From an uncultured Chloroflexia bacterium (GTDB taxonomy: Bacteria; Chloroflexota; Limnocylindria; Limnocylindrales; CSP1-4): a DNA stretch of 64,000 nucleotides. A program made the position numbers and the translations under genes. The first letter of the stretch is position 1, and each line of letters opens with the position of its first letter. The DNA is taken from assembly GCA_963776395.1 (NCBI GenBank), contig CAVZML010000010.1, positions 35,504 to 99,503 of the forward strand. Direction: 5' to 3'. Positions 53,165 through 62,713 of this stretch are shown piece by piece. Below the pieces are notes generated by a model. The model was not told where the DNA came from. It saw only the letters and a list, made by a program, of their open reading frames with translations, and searched no databases.

Positions 53165-53602
53165 CTAGTTCAGCGCGGCGTCCCTCGGCCGGACCACCAG
53201 GACCGGGCACGGGGCGTTCCGGACGACGTGCTCCGAGACGCTGCCGAGGAACAGGCGGCCGACGGCCCCGCGGCCGTGGCTGCCCACGATGATCATGTCG
53301 GCGTGCTCGGCCTCCGCGGCCGCGACGATCATGTCGCCGGGGTCGCCCGTCCAGACGAGGAAGGAGACGGTGACACCCTCCTCGCGCCCGCGCTCGACCA
53401 GCGCCTGGGCAGCCACCTCCCGGTGCTCGCGGACCTGGTCGACTCGCACCCGGAACCTGCCGCCGGGAAGGAGGAGCGACCCGGGGTCGATGACGGATAC
53501 CACGAGCAGCGCTGCGCCGAGGCGAGCGGCGAGCTCGAAGGCCTCCTCCGTGGCGGCCGACGAGGCCTCGCTGAGGTCCGTGGCGAGCAGCAGCTTCTCC
53601 AT
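53165..53602 (-). CDS. universal stress protein (UspA family)
   Basis: Sequence MEKLLLATDLSEASSAATEEAF...IIVGSHGRGAVGRLFLGSVSEHVVRNAPCPVLVV. A longer GTG start at 53695 is possible. Confidence 0.8.
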   Translation of the reverse strand: MEKLLLATDLSEASSAATEEAFELAARLGAALLVVSVIDPGSLLLPGGRFRVRVDQVREHREVAAQALVERGREEGVTVSFLVWTGDPGDMIVAAAEAEHADMIIVGSHGRGAVGRLFLGSVSEHVVRNAPCPVLVVRPRDAALN

Positions 53603-53707
53603 TCCCGGGGCTGGCGACGTCGAATGCGCAGGCGAGGGCGCGGCAGCCGGCCCGGGGGCCGCGTCGCGTCTCGACTCCGCCGACATCGCGCTCACGTCGG
53701 CCGACCC

Positions 53708-55102
53708 CTAGGCCAGCAGCGCGGCGATCACCGCATCAACGTCGGCCGCCGTCGGCACCACCAGGAACGTGCTCACCATGCCGAACATGCCATCCGCTCC
53801 CTCCACGTGCGGGAGGATGTGGCAGTGGAAGGCCCACACTCCGGGGCGGTCCGCGACGAGGTTCACGTCGTATCGCTCGCCCGGGTTGACGCCGAGGGTG
53901 TCGCAGTGGAAGGCGGCGTTGCCCAGCGGGTAGCCGTCCCGGGCGACGACCTTCATCCGGTACCCGTGGCTGTGCCACGGGTGCATCATCGAACCCTCGT
54001 TCATGAACCGGACGCGGACGGTCTCGCCGACGGCGGCCAGGACCGGCACGGTTGCCGGGAACCCGTGGCCGTTGATCGTGAAGCCGCCCAGGGTGTCGTT
54101 GGAGATCCAGACGTACTCGCGGTCGAACTTGTCGTCTGCGGACGGCTTCTTCGGCTCGACGACGTAGCCGCCGAGAAGGCCGCGCCCGACCTGGTCCGTG
54201 GCGTTGTGGTGCGAGTGGTACATCAGCGAGCCGGGCCTGTTCGCGGTGAACTCGTACGTGTACGTCTCGCCCGGGGTGATCGGCAGCTGCGTGACGAACG
54301 GGATGCCGTCCTGGAAGAAGTCCCCGAACTCTTCACCGTGGAAGTGGACGCCGGTCGTCTCGGGCAGGTTGTTCGTGAAGATCGCGCGGACCTTGTCGCC
54401 CTCGGTGACGCGGATCGTGGGTCCGGGCCACTGCTTGTTGTAGCCGAGCGCCGCGACCGTGGGCTTCAGCTCGTCGATCGGCCAGTCCATCTCGTCGATC
54501 GTGAGGCGGAAGACCTTGACGTCGCCGTCCATCTCGGGCTTGAGCGGGGTGAGCGCGTCGCTGAGGACCAGCTGCGGGACCTGGACGAAGGCCGGCTTCT
54601 GGCTCAGCTCCGGGTAGTTGTCCTGGGCGCCGAGGATCACGGCGAGCTTCGCGAACGCGGCGTCGCCGTAGATGCCCTGGAGCGCCGGTACGAGGTTGCC
54701 GAGGTAGCGCCGGACGACGTTCCGGGCGTTGACGTCGTGCTGCGTCCAGCCTGCGGGGATGTTCGCGTCGGGCGTGGGCGACGGCGAAGGTGCGGCCGAG
54801 GCCGACGCAGAGGGCGCGGCCGAAGCCGAGGCCGCCGCGGTCGCCGCCGCGGTCGCCGCCGGGGTCGCCGCCGCGGGGGTGGCGGCCGCGCCCGGGGTGG
54901 CTGCGGCACCGAAGCTCCAGGCCGGGGCTGCCGCCGGTGCGCAGGCGGCGACGCTGACTGCCACCAGGCCGCCGCCCGTGAGGCCGGCGACCCGGAGGAA
55001 CCCGCGGCGGGTGATCCCGCTGGACGGGGATTCTTCGGGACTCGCGGCGGGGTCGGGCTCGGACGCGACGGGGGACGTGGCGACGGTGTTGTCCGCGGAC
55101 AT
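53708..55102 (-). CDS. Tat-exported multicopper oxidase
   Basis: Twin-arginine signal TRRGFLRVAG. Cu motifs GVHFHGE, MYHSHHN, HPWHSHG and HCHILPHVEGADGMFG. Ala/Ser/Pro-rich linker. Confidence 0.85.
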   Translation of the reverse strand: MSADNTVATSPVASEPDPAASPEESPSSGITRRGFLRVAGLTGGGLVAVSVAACAPAAAPAWSFGAAATPGAAATPAAATPAATAAATAAASASAAPSASASAAPSPSPTPDANIPAGWTQHDVNARNVVRRYLGNLVPALQGIYGDAAFAKLAVILGAQDNYPELSQKPAFVQVPQLVLSDALTPLKPEMDGDVKVFRLTIDEMDWPIDELKPTVAALGYNKQWPGPTIRVTEGDKVRAIFTNNLPETTGVHFHGEEFGDFFQDGIPFVTQLPITPGETYTYEFTANRPGSLMYHSHHNATDQVGRGLLGGYVVEPKKPSADDKFDREYVWISNDTLGGFTINGHGFPATVPVLAAVGETVRVRFMNEGSMMHPWHSHGYRMKVVARDGYPLGNAAFHCDTLGVNPGERYDVNLVADRPGVWAFHCHILPHVEGADGMFGMVSTFLVVPTAADVDAVIAALLA

Positions 55103-55220
55103 GGGCGCTCCGGTCGAGTTGTCGGTGGATTGGGGAATGGTCGTGGTCGATGGTAGCGGTGCGAAGTGACCAATGGCACGAAGCCGCGGTCCCTCCGCCC
55201 CGCACGGATCGAGCGGCTGG

Positions 55221-55226
55221 TAGGCT
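55221..55226 (+). promoter_or_regulatory. -10-like TAGGCT 7 nt before the kinase ATG (leaderless-type)
   Basis: The sequence reads TAGGCT gcaggcg ATG. Confidence 0.4.
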
Positions 55227-55233
55227 GCAGGCG

Positions 55234-56877
55234 ATGACGAGCGACGGCAGGACCGTTTCCTCCCCGACCGCCTCCCGGCCGCGACCCGCCCCGCGGGTCG
55301 AATCCCACGTGGACCAGCTTCCCCTCGTCGCGGCTCTCGAGGCTATCGAGCGCTGGCGACGGGAGCCTACCGCGGATCGCCGGGCGGAGGTGGGACACGC
55401 CCTCCAAGGGATCCTGGAGATGGCCGGGGCCCGCGGCGCGGTGCTGGAGATCAGCGCGCCACCCCTGCCGCCCCTCGAGGTGGGGGTCGGAACGCTGTCA
55501 GTGATCCCTGCCCAGTCCGACCGCGAGCAGCTGGCCCAGTTCCCGCTCGGGTCACACGAGGGACACGCGGTGCTCGGCCGGCTCTTCCTCGACGCGCCCG
55601 CGGGGACCGCGGACAGCGTGGTGCGGATCATCGAGCTGGCCCTCGACGCGGCCTGGTCCAGGGCGGAGGTTCATGGGCGCGCCGAGCGCCTCGCGGCGCT
55701 CGAGGCTGCGACGCGCGCGATCGCGGCCGAGCTGGACATCGACCGCGTGCTGGGGCTGATCGTGGATCGCGTGCGGGAGCTGGTCGGAGCACGGTTCGCG
55801 GCGCTGGGCCTCAGCGATGGGCGCGGCCGGATCGAGCACTTCATCACGAGCGGCGTCGACCCGCAACGCCGCGCGGAGATCGGGAGCGTCCCGCGGGGCC
55901 ACGGCCTGCTGGGCCTCGTGATCCGCGACGGCCAGACGATCCGGGCCTCGGACATCGCGGAGCACCCCGCCCACTACGGTTTCCCGCCCCACCACCCGCA
56001 CATGACCTCGTTCCTGGGCGCACCGATCATCGTCAAGGGCCGATCGGTCGGCAACCTGTACCTCTCGGACAAGCCGGGTGGGGAGCCGTTCACCGATGAC
56101 GACGAGCGGCTGGTCGAGATGTTCGCGGTCCACGCCGGCATCGCCATCGACAACGCCCGTCTCCACGACCAGGTCCAGCGCATGGCCATCGTCGAGGAAC
56201 GGGAGAGGATCGGCAAGGACCTGCACGACGGGATCATCCAGGCGATCTACGCGGTGGGGCTGTCGCTCGAGGACGTGCCGGAGCTGGTCGAGGATGACGA
56301 GGGCAGGCTCGACGCCGTGGCCCGCGTGGACCGCGCGATCGACGCCCTCAACCTCGTGATCGCGGACATCCGCTCCTACATCCTCCGCCTCCGGCCGATG
56401 ATAGGGGGGGAGGAGGACCCGGTGGAGGGCCTCGCACGCCTGGCCGAGGAGCTGGGCATCCACGCCGTGATCGACCTCGAGACGGATCTCGAGGGCGGCG
56501 CGGAGATGCTCCGCTCCCTGCCGCCGGACCGACGCTCGGACATCCTGTTCATCGTCCGCGAGGCACTGTCGAACGTGGCCCGCCACTCGGGCGCCAGCCA
56601 GGCGGCGGTCGTGCTGGCCCTCGACGAGGGCGACCTCGTCGTCTGCGTCGAAGACAACGGGCGGGGCTTCGACCCGGCGCTCGTACCCGGACCGGACACG
56701 CTCGGACGACACCAGGGTCTGAGCAACATGCGCGACCGTGCGATCGGGATGGGCGGCACGTTCGCCATCGAGCGCCCTGATGGCGCGGGCACGCGTATCA
56801 TCGTGCGCGTGCCGGCGTCCAGCGGCGACGCCGGGAGCGCCCTCCCGCACCCACCGGAGACAACTGACCGTGACTGA
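55234..56877 (+). CDS. GAF-domain sensor histidine kinase (HisKA_3 / NarL-partner type, DevS-like)
   Basis: The GAF region reads RVRELVGARFAALGLSD...FLGAPIIVKGRSVGNLYLSDK. The H-box reads ERERIGKDLHDGIIQAIYAV. The HATPase region reads VEDNGRGF...GLSNMRDRAIGMGG. Confidence 0.85.
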   Translation: MTSDGRTVSSPTASRPRPAPRVESHVDQLPLVAALEAIERWRREPTADRRAEVGHALQGILEMAGARGAVLEISAPPLPPLEVGVGTLSVIPAQSDREQLAQFPLGSHEGHAVLGRLFLDAPAGTADSVVRIIELALDAAWSRAEVHGRAERLAALEAATRAIAAELDIDRVLGLIVDRVRELVGARFAALGLSDGRGRIEHFITSGVDPQRRAEIGSVPRGHGLLGLVIRDGQTIRASDIAEHPAHYGFPPHHPHMTSFLGAPIIVKGRSVGNLYLSDKPGGEPFTDDDERLVEMFAVHAGIAIDNARLHDQVQRMAIVEERERIGKDLHDGIIQAIYAVGLSLEDVPELVEDDEGRLDAVARVDRAIDALNLVIADIRSYILRLRPMIGGEEDPVEGLARLAEELGIHAVIDLETDLEGGAEMLRSLPPDRRSDILFIVREALSNVARHSGASQAAVVLALDEGDLVVCVEDNGRGFDPALVPGPDTLGRHQGLSNMRDRAIGMGGTFAIERPDGAGTRIIVRVPASSGDAGSALPHPPETTDRD

Positions 56878-57541
56878 TCTCACCTCGCGGCCCCTGCGCC
56901 TCCTCGTGGTCGACGATCACGAAGTGGTCCGCCAGGGACTCGTGGCGCTGCTCGATCGCCGCGAAGGGTTCCAGGTGGTCGCCGAGGCCGGCAGCGCCGC
57001 CGAGTCGATCGAGCAGGCCCGTCGCTTCCAGCCCGACATCGTGGTCATGGACGTGCGGCTCCCGGATGGCTCCGGGATCGAGGCGTGTCGAGAGATCCGC
57101 GCCGAGCTGCCGACGACCCGCGTCGTGATGCTGACCTCGTACCCGGACGAGGAGGCGGTCCTGTCGGCCATCGTCGCCGGCGCGTCCGGCTACCTCCTCA
57201 AGCAGATCCGGGCCCGCGACCTGGTCGCAGCCCTCGAATCCGTGGGTCGCGGCGAGTCGCTGCTGGACCCGGCGGTCACCGAGAAGGTCCTGGAGCGGGT
57301 CCGGCGGATCGCCACCGGCGCCTACACCGACGAGATGGCCCAGCTCACCGCGCAGGAGCAGCGGATCCTGCTCCTCGTCGCCGAGGGCAAGACCAACAAG
57401 GAGATCGCCGCGGAGGTCTTCCTGTCCGACAAGACGGTGAAGAACTACGTGAGCTCGATCCTGTCGAAGCTCAACCTCGAGCGGCGCGCCCAGGCCGCCG
57501 CGTTCGTCGCGAAGCACAGGCTGGACCGCGGCGGAGCGTAG
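56870..57541 (+). CDS. NarL/LuxR-family response regulator (DevR/DosR-like)
   Basis: The GTG overlaps the kinase stop. Motifs LLVVDDHEVVRQGL, VVMDVRLPDGSG and the LuxR HTH LTAQEQRILLLVAEGKTNKEIAAEVFLSDKTVKNYVSSILSKL. Confidence 0.9.
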   Translation: MTDLTSRPLRLLVVDDHEVVRQGLVALLDRREGFQVVAEAGSAAESIEQARRFQPDIVVMDVRLPDGSGIEACREIRAELPTTRVVMLTSYPDEEAVLSAIVAGASGYLLKQIRARDLVAALESVGRGESLLDPAVTEKVLERVRRIATGAYTDEMAQLTAQEQRILLLVAEGKTNKEIAAEVFLSDKTVKNYVSSILSKLNLERRAQAAAFVAKHRLDRGGA

Positions 57542-57587
57542 GGCCCCGCACCTGCCGCTCGCCGCGCACCAGGCCGCCGTCGCCGCG

Positions 57588-57935
57588 ATGGAGGAAGACC
57601 TCGTCGCGTGGGGCCGCGTCCTGCGCATCGAGACCCGCGGACGCGTCACCGGCCGCCCCGTCACGGCCGTCGTGGGGTTCGTGGAGCACCCCGATGGGGT
57701 TCTGGTCGTGGCCGCCGGCTCGGGCGAGGCGGACTGGGGCCTCAACCTGCTGGCGGACCCGGCCTGCCGGGTGACGATGGGCGATGCGTCGTGGGCGGCG
57801 ACAGCTCGCGAGCTCGAGGGTGCCGCGCACGCCGCCGCGGTCCGCGACCTCATCCTGCGCTACGGGACGCCGGCCGAGAGCCTCGGCGCCGGCCCGGCAT
57901 TCGAGCTCGTCCCGGCTCGGGAGGATCCGGCCTGA
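57588..57935 (+). CDS. DUF385 / deazaflavin-dependent nitroreductase-family protein
   Basis: Sequence RIETRGRVTGRPVTAVVGFVEHPDGVLVVAAGSGEADWGLNLLADPACRV. Confidence 0.6.
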   Translation: MEEDLVAWGRVLRIETRGRVTGRPVTAVVGFVEHPDGVLVVAAGSGEADWGLNLLADPACRVTMGDASWAATARELEGAAHAAAVRDLILRYGTPAESLGAGPAFELVPAREDPA

Positions 57936-58026
57936 CGCCGGGACGGGCGTGGCGTCCCACGCTGTGGGGGCGCACCGGACCCGGCGAGGGGGCCATCCGA
58001 CAGGACGCGGCTTGAGGACCCAGCCC

Positions 58027-58032
58027 TAGACT
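58027..58032 (+). promoter_or_regulatory. -10-like TAGACT 6 nt before the ATG at 58039 (leaderless-type)
   Basis: The sequence reads TAGACT tcgtcc ATG. Confidence 0.45.
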
Positions 58033-58038
58033 TCGTCC

Positions 58039-59313
58039 ATGCGTATCGTGTCGCCCGAAGAAGCCGTGGCGGGGATCAAGTCCCGCGACCAGGTCTACAT
58101 CCAGATGGCGGCGGCGACGCCGTCCGTCCTGCTCGACGCTCTCGTGGCGCGCGCCCCCGAGCTGCGCGACGTCGGCCTCATCCACCTCCATTCCGAGGGC
58201 CCGGGACGGCATCTCCAGGCCGACATGGCACCCCACTTCCGCCACAGGGCCCTGTTCATCGGGCCGAACGCCCGCCAGGCGGTCAACGAGGGCCGGGCGG
58301 ACTTCGTCCCGGTGTTCTTCTCCGACGTCCCGGCCTTGTTCAGCAGCGGCGCCTACCCGCTGGACGCGGTGTTCGCCAACGTGACCCCGCCCGATGCGCA
58401 CGGCTTCTGCTCGCTGGGCGTGTCGGTCGAGGCGATGCACGAGGCGATCGCCGCGGCGAAGACCGTGATCGTGCAGTTCAACCCTTCGATCCCACGGACG
58501 TGGGGCGAGTCGTTCATCCACGTGAGCCAGATCGACCTCGCGATCGAGGTCGACCAGCCGCCGTACGTCTACCCGCTGCCCAAGGTCGGGCCGATCGAGC
58601 GCCAGATCGGCTCCTACGTCGCCGACCTGATCCCGGACGGGGCCACGCTCCAGCTCGGGATCGGGGCGATCCCGACCGCCGTCGCGGAGCTCCTCACGCA
58701 CAAGAAGGACCTCGGCATCCACACCGAGATGTTCACCGACCCGATCGTGGACCTCGTCGAGAAGGGCGTGGTCAACGGGGAGCGCAAGACGCGCAACCGG
58801 GGCAAGCTCGTCGCCACCTTCCTCGTCGGATCGCCCAGGCTGTACGCATTCATCCACGACAACCCGATGGTCGAGATGCGCCCCGTTGACTTCACGAACG
58901 ACACCCACGTCATCCGGTCCTTCCCCAACATGACCGCGATCAATTCCGCGATCGAGGTGGACCTGACGGGCCAGGTCGTGGCGGACTCGATCGGCTACCG
59001 GATGTACTCGGGCGTCGGCGGTCAGATGGACTTCATGCGGGGGGCGGCCCTCGCTCCCGGCGGGCGGGCGATCATCGCGCTGCCCTCCACGGCCGGCGCG
59101 GACGGGTCGATCACCCGCATCACATCGCACCTGGCGGAGGGTGCCGGCGTGGTCACGACGCGCGCGCACGTGCGGACCGTGGTCACCGAGTACGGCGTCG
59201 CGGAGCTGTGGGGGAAGAGCCTCCGGGAGCGGGCCAAGGCGCTGATCGCCGTGGCGCACCCCGACCACCGCGACAGGCTCATGTCCGAGGCGCGTCACCA
59301 GCACGAGCTGTAA
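58039..59313 (+). CDS. acetyl-CoA hydrolase/transferase family protein (4-hydroxybutyrate CoA-transferase-like)
   Basis: Motifs GATLQLGIGAIP, HTEMFTD, INSAIEVDLTGQV and SGVGGQMDF. Confidence 0.8.
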   Translation: MRIVSPEEAVAGIKSRDQVYIQMAAATPSVLLDALVARAPELRDVGLIHLHSEGPGRHLQADMAPHFRHRALFIGPNARQAVNEGRADFVPVFFSDVPALFSSGAYPLDAVFANVTPPDAHGFCSLGVSVEAMHEAIAAAKTVIVQFNPSIPRTWGESFIHVSQIDLAIEVDQPPYVYPLPKVGPIERQIGSYVADLIPDGATLQLGIGAIPTAVAELLTHKKDLGIHTEMFTDPIVDLVEKGVVNGERKTRNRGKLVATFLVGSPRLYAFIHDNPMVEMRPVDFTNDTHVIRSFPNMTAINSAIEVDLTGQVVADSIGYRMYSGVGGQMDFMRGAALAPGGRAIIALPSTAGADGSITRITSHLAEGAGVVTTRAHVRTVVTEYGVAELWGKSLRERAKALIAVAHPDHRDRLMSEARHQHEL

Positions 59314-59404
59314 GCCCGCGGGCCGCTCAGGGGTGGCTGCGACATGCCGGCCCGCATGGCCTGCTCCCGGACGGGCCGCCCACCACGGCTCTTCATCCCC
59401 GACA

Positions 59405-59459
59405 CCTCGCACCGTCCCGACCGCCTCGCACCGTCCCGGGGCCGCCTCGCACCGTCCCG
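59405..59459. repeat. three ~20-nt direct repeats (CCTCGCACCGTCCCG + 4-6 nt)
   Basis: Units at 59405, 59424 and 59445. Confidence 0.7.
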
Positions 59460-59941
59460 CGACCGCCTCCGGCGCTCACGAGCTCAGGTCGCGCCTCCGC
59501 TGTCCGGACACGCATCGGGTTCCGGCGGCCGTCTCCTGCGACGGGTTCGGGCCGCGGTCCGGCTGTGCCGGGATACCACTCCGGTCGAGCCGGCCTGGGC
59601 TGCCCGGTTTCCGGCATCTGCCACTCACGCGGGAGCAATTCCAAACATCGGCGGCGTTCGAGCCGGTTTGGGTGCCGATTGGCTGACACCCGTCCGTCGG
59701 GAGAGCGGATGACAGAAACGCCGTGACGAGTTCCCGCGTGGGGCGCAAATGACAGGAATCGGGTCGCCGAACCGGGGCGCCGGAGTTGGGACTTGACCTC
59801 GGGGTCGCCTCCGCGAGCCGGGGAGCGGCCCTCCCGCACAGAGAGTGTGGCTCGCATGGGACCCGCCGTCGAGACGAGGCTGGCGCAGGCGCACCCCGGA
59901 ATCACGAAACCCCCGCCGTCGGGCGAGGGCTCAAACGTTCG

Positions 59942-59974
59942 GGTGGGTGCCGGGCGTCCCCTCCGGCACCCACC
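59942..59974 (+). terminator. perfect 12-bp stem-loop (terminator-like, no U-tract)
   Basis: GGTGGGTGCCGG gcgtcccct CCGGCACCCACC. Confidence 0.35.
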
Positions 59975-60188
59975 TCATGCGCAGTCTCCGGTGTCGGGCG
60001 GCCTCCGGTGAGTGCCGATCGGACCACGTTGGCGGGACCTGCGGCACGTCGCGCAAGGAGCCCCGGCCGGCGACCCGACACGGCTCGGGAGGTCATGCTG
60101 TCGGGGCGCGGAGGCAGCCACCGCCGTGTTCGCCTGCTGGTCCCGCGGTCCGGCGCGGACGACGCGAGCACCTCCCTCGAGGTCCATC

Positions 60189-61529
60189 ATGCGCATCGAA
60201 CGCGTGCTGATCATGGGTGCCGCCGGCCGGGACTTCCATGACTTCAACGTCGTCTATCGTCGGGACCCGTCGGTCGAGGTCGTCGCCTTCACCGCGACCC
60301 AGATCCCGGGCATCGCCGACCGCCGCTACCCGCCGGAGCTCGCCGGCGAGCGGTATCCGGTCGGCATCCCGATCCGTCCCGAGGCGAAGCTCGAGATCCT
60401 GATCCGGGACCTCCATGTCGACACCGTCGTGTTCGCATACAGCGACGTCAGCCACGAGCAGGTGATGCACGCGGCCAGCCGCGCCCTGGCGGCCGGTGCG
60501 GACTTCTCCCTCCTCGGCCCGACCCGCACGATGCTCGAGAGCACCCGCCCCGTCGTCTCCGTCTGCGCGGTCCGAACGGGATCGGGCAAGAGCCAGACCA
60601 GCCGTTACGTGGCACGTGCACTCGAGGCCCAGGGGCTCAAGGTCGCGATCGTTCGCCACCCGATGCCCTACGGGGACCTCGTCGCACAGCGGGTGCAGCG
60701 CTTCGAAACGTACGCCGACCTGGACCGTCACGAGACGACGATCGAGGAGCGCGAGGAGTACGAGCCGCACCTCGACGCCGGGCGCCTCGTCTTCGCCGGC
60801 GTGGACTACGAGCAGATCCTGCGCGCCGCCGAGGCCGAGGCCGACATCATCATCTGGGACGGGGGCAACAACGACCTGCCCTTCTACCGGCCCGACCTCG
60901 CCATCGTCGTGGCGGACCCGCTGCGTCCGGGCCACGAGCTCCGGTACCACCCGGGCGAGGCGAACCTGCGGTCCGCGGACGTCATCGTCATCAACAAGAT
61001 CGACTCGGCGACCCCGGAGGCCCTGGCGACCGTCCGCGCCGCCGTGGAGGCCGTGAACCCGCGCGCCGAGGTGGTCGAGGCGAGGTCCTCGCTGGCCCTC
61101 GAGGGCGGCGAGATCGCGGGACGGACCGTCGTCGTCGTCGAGGACGGTCCCACGCTCACGCACGGTGGCATGACGTATGGCGCAGGCGTCGTTGCCGCGA
61201 ACCGGTTCGGCGCGGCCGAGATGGTGGACCCGCGCCCGTACGCGACGGGTGAGCTGGCCGAGACGCTCGCGAAGTACCCGGACCTCGAGCGGCTTCTCCC
61301 GGCGATGGGCTACGGCGAGAAGCAGCTGCACGAGCTCGAGGCAGCCTTGGCCGCCGTTCCGGCGGACGTGGTCCTGGCGGCCACGCCGATCGACCTCACG
61401 CGGGTGCTGAAGATCGACAAGCCGATCGTCCGCGTCCGGTACGAGCTCGACCCGGTCGCAGGTTCGCTCGATGCCGCCCTCGCCCCGGTCATCGTCCGCG
61501 CCAAGGAGGCGCTCGCCGGCAGCCGCTGA
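60189..61529 (+). CDS. cyclic 2,3-diphosphoglycerate synthetase-like P-loop protein
   Basis: Sequence MRIERVLIMGAAGRDFHDFNVVYR...AFTATQIP...AVRTGSGKSQTSR...VRHPMPYGDL...TIEEREEYEP...WDGGNNDLPF. The family is recalled from annotation of homologs and was not searched. Confidence 0.6.
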   Translation: MRIERVLIMGAAGRDFHDFNVVYRRDPSVEVVAFTATQIPGIADRRYPPELAGERYPVGIPIRPEAKLEILIRDLHVDTVVFAYSDVSHEQVMHAASRALAAGADFSLLGPTRTMLESTRPVVSVCAVRTGSGKSQTSRYVARALEAQGLKVAIVRHPMPYGDLVAQRVQRFETYADLDRHETTIEEREEYEPHLDAGRLVFAGVDYEQILRAAEAEADIIIWDGGNNDLPFYRPDLAIVVADPLRPGHELRYHPGEANLRSADVIVINKIDSATPEALATVRAAVEAVNPRAEVVEARSSLALEGGEIAGRTVVVVEDGPTLTHGGMTYGAGVVAANRFGAAEMVDPRPYATGELAETLAKYPDLERLLPAMGYGEKQLHELEAALAAVPADVVLAATPIDLTRVLKIDKPIVRVRYELDPVAGSLDAALAPVIVRAKEALAGSR

Positions 61530-61595
61530 TGTCGCCGATCGGGGAACCGGGCCGGCGCTCGCAGATGCCGCCGGCCCGGCATCGCTGTCCGGGCC

Positions 61596-62618
61596 TCACC
61601 CGGTGAGGGTGGGGTCCACCACGAGGACGGCCGTCCCGCGCACCTCTCCCGCGGCGAGCCGCGCGAGTGCCAGGTTGGCGTCGGCCAGCGCATAGGTCTC
61701 GACGTCCGTCGCGATCCCCACGCGGTCCGCCAGCTCCAGGAACTCGGCCGCGTCCTGCCGGGTGACGTTGGCCACGCTCCGGATCGAGCGCTCCCACCAC
61801 AGGTCCTCGTAGGGCATCGCCGGCAGGCCGTCCAGGTGGATCGCGTTGATCGCGACGACGCCACCCCGGTCCAGCGCCCGGAGCGCGGCCGCCACGACGG
61901 AACCCACCGGGGCGAACGTCACGGCGGCGTCCAGGGCGACCGGCGGCTTGTCGTCCAGACCGCCGGCCCAGGAGGCTCCCAGCTCAAGTGCACGTGAGCG
62001 CTCCGAAGCGGAGCGCGTTGCGACAAAGGCGTCCACGCCCCATGCCCGGGCAACCTGGAGCGCGAGGCGAGCCGAGGCCCCGAACCCGTACAGGCCCAGC
62101 CTGGCGCCGGCAGAGTCGGGTCCCAGCCCCGCGACCCGGAGCGACCGGTAGCCGATGACGCCGCCACACAAGAGGGGGGCGGCCGCGAGGTCGGGATAGG
62201 ACGCCGGCAGTCGGACCAGGACATCGGCCCGGGCCACGACGGCGTCCGCGTATCCACCGTCGCGGTCCCACCCGGTGAAGGTCGCGGCCTCGCACAGGTT
62301 CTCGCGCCCGGTCCGGCAGAACCGGCAGGTGCCGTCGGTCCCCGCCAGCCACGTGATCCCGGCCCGGTCGCCGGGCGCCCAGCCGTCCACGCCATCGCCG
62401 ACGGCCGCGACGGTGCCAGTGACCTGGTGGCCGGGCACGATCGGCAGCCGGCGTGCCGCAAGGTCGCCCTCGCACAGCTGGAGATCCGTCCTGCAGACCC
62501 CGCATGCGGTGACCCGGAGCCGCACCTCCCCTCGACCGGGTGATGGGTCGGGCCGGTCCGACGGGGCCAGCGGTCCCGCGGCGGCGGGTTGGGGCCGGTC
62601 GAGCAGCATCGCGCGCAT
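61596..62618 (-). CDS. zinc-dependent alcohol dehydrogenase (MDR family)
   Basis: ATG at 62618. Motifs [19 protein letters not shown] and [12 protein letters not shown]. Confidence 0.85.
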   Translation of the reverse strand: MRAMLLDRPQPAAAGPLAPSDRPDPSPGRGEVRLRVTACGVCRTDLQLCEGDLAARRLPIVPGHQVTGTVAAVGDGVDGWAPGDRAGITWLAGTDGTCRFCRTGRENLCEAATFTGWDRDGGYADAVVARADVLVRLPASYPDLAAAPLLCGGVIGYRSLRVAGLGPDSAGARLGLYGFGASARLALQVARAWGVDAFVATRSASERSRALELGASWAGGLDDKPPVALDAAVTFAPVGSVVAAALRALDRGGVVAINAIHLDGLPAMPYEDLWWERSIRSVANVTRQDAAEFLELADRVGIATDVETYALADANLALARLAAGEVRGTAVLVVDPTLTG

Positions 62619-62641
62619 GACCCGACGAGGGTAGCGGGAGT

Positions 62642-62713
62642 GGCGACCGCCGGCACCGGCCGCGCGGCGACCGCCGGCACCGGCCGCGCGGCGACCGCCG
62701 GCACCGGCCGCGC
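62642..62713. repeat. perfect 24-nt tandem repeat x3 immediately upstream of the ADH promoter
   Basis: GGCGACCGCCGGCACCGGCCGCGC at 62642, 62666 and 62690, plus a 5-nt partial fourth copy. A TACCCT -10-like box (62628-62633, minus strand) lies 9 nt before the ATG. Confidence 0.85.

Noticed and set aside
59650-59730. TPP riboswitch-like words (GGGTGCC...GCTGACACCC)
   Set aside because: The invariant CUGAGA is CUGACA. The ACCUGAUC...AUGCC..GCG half is absent. The downstream gene has no thiamine link.
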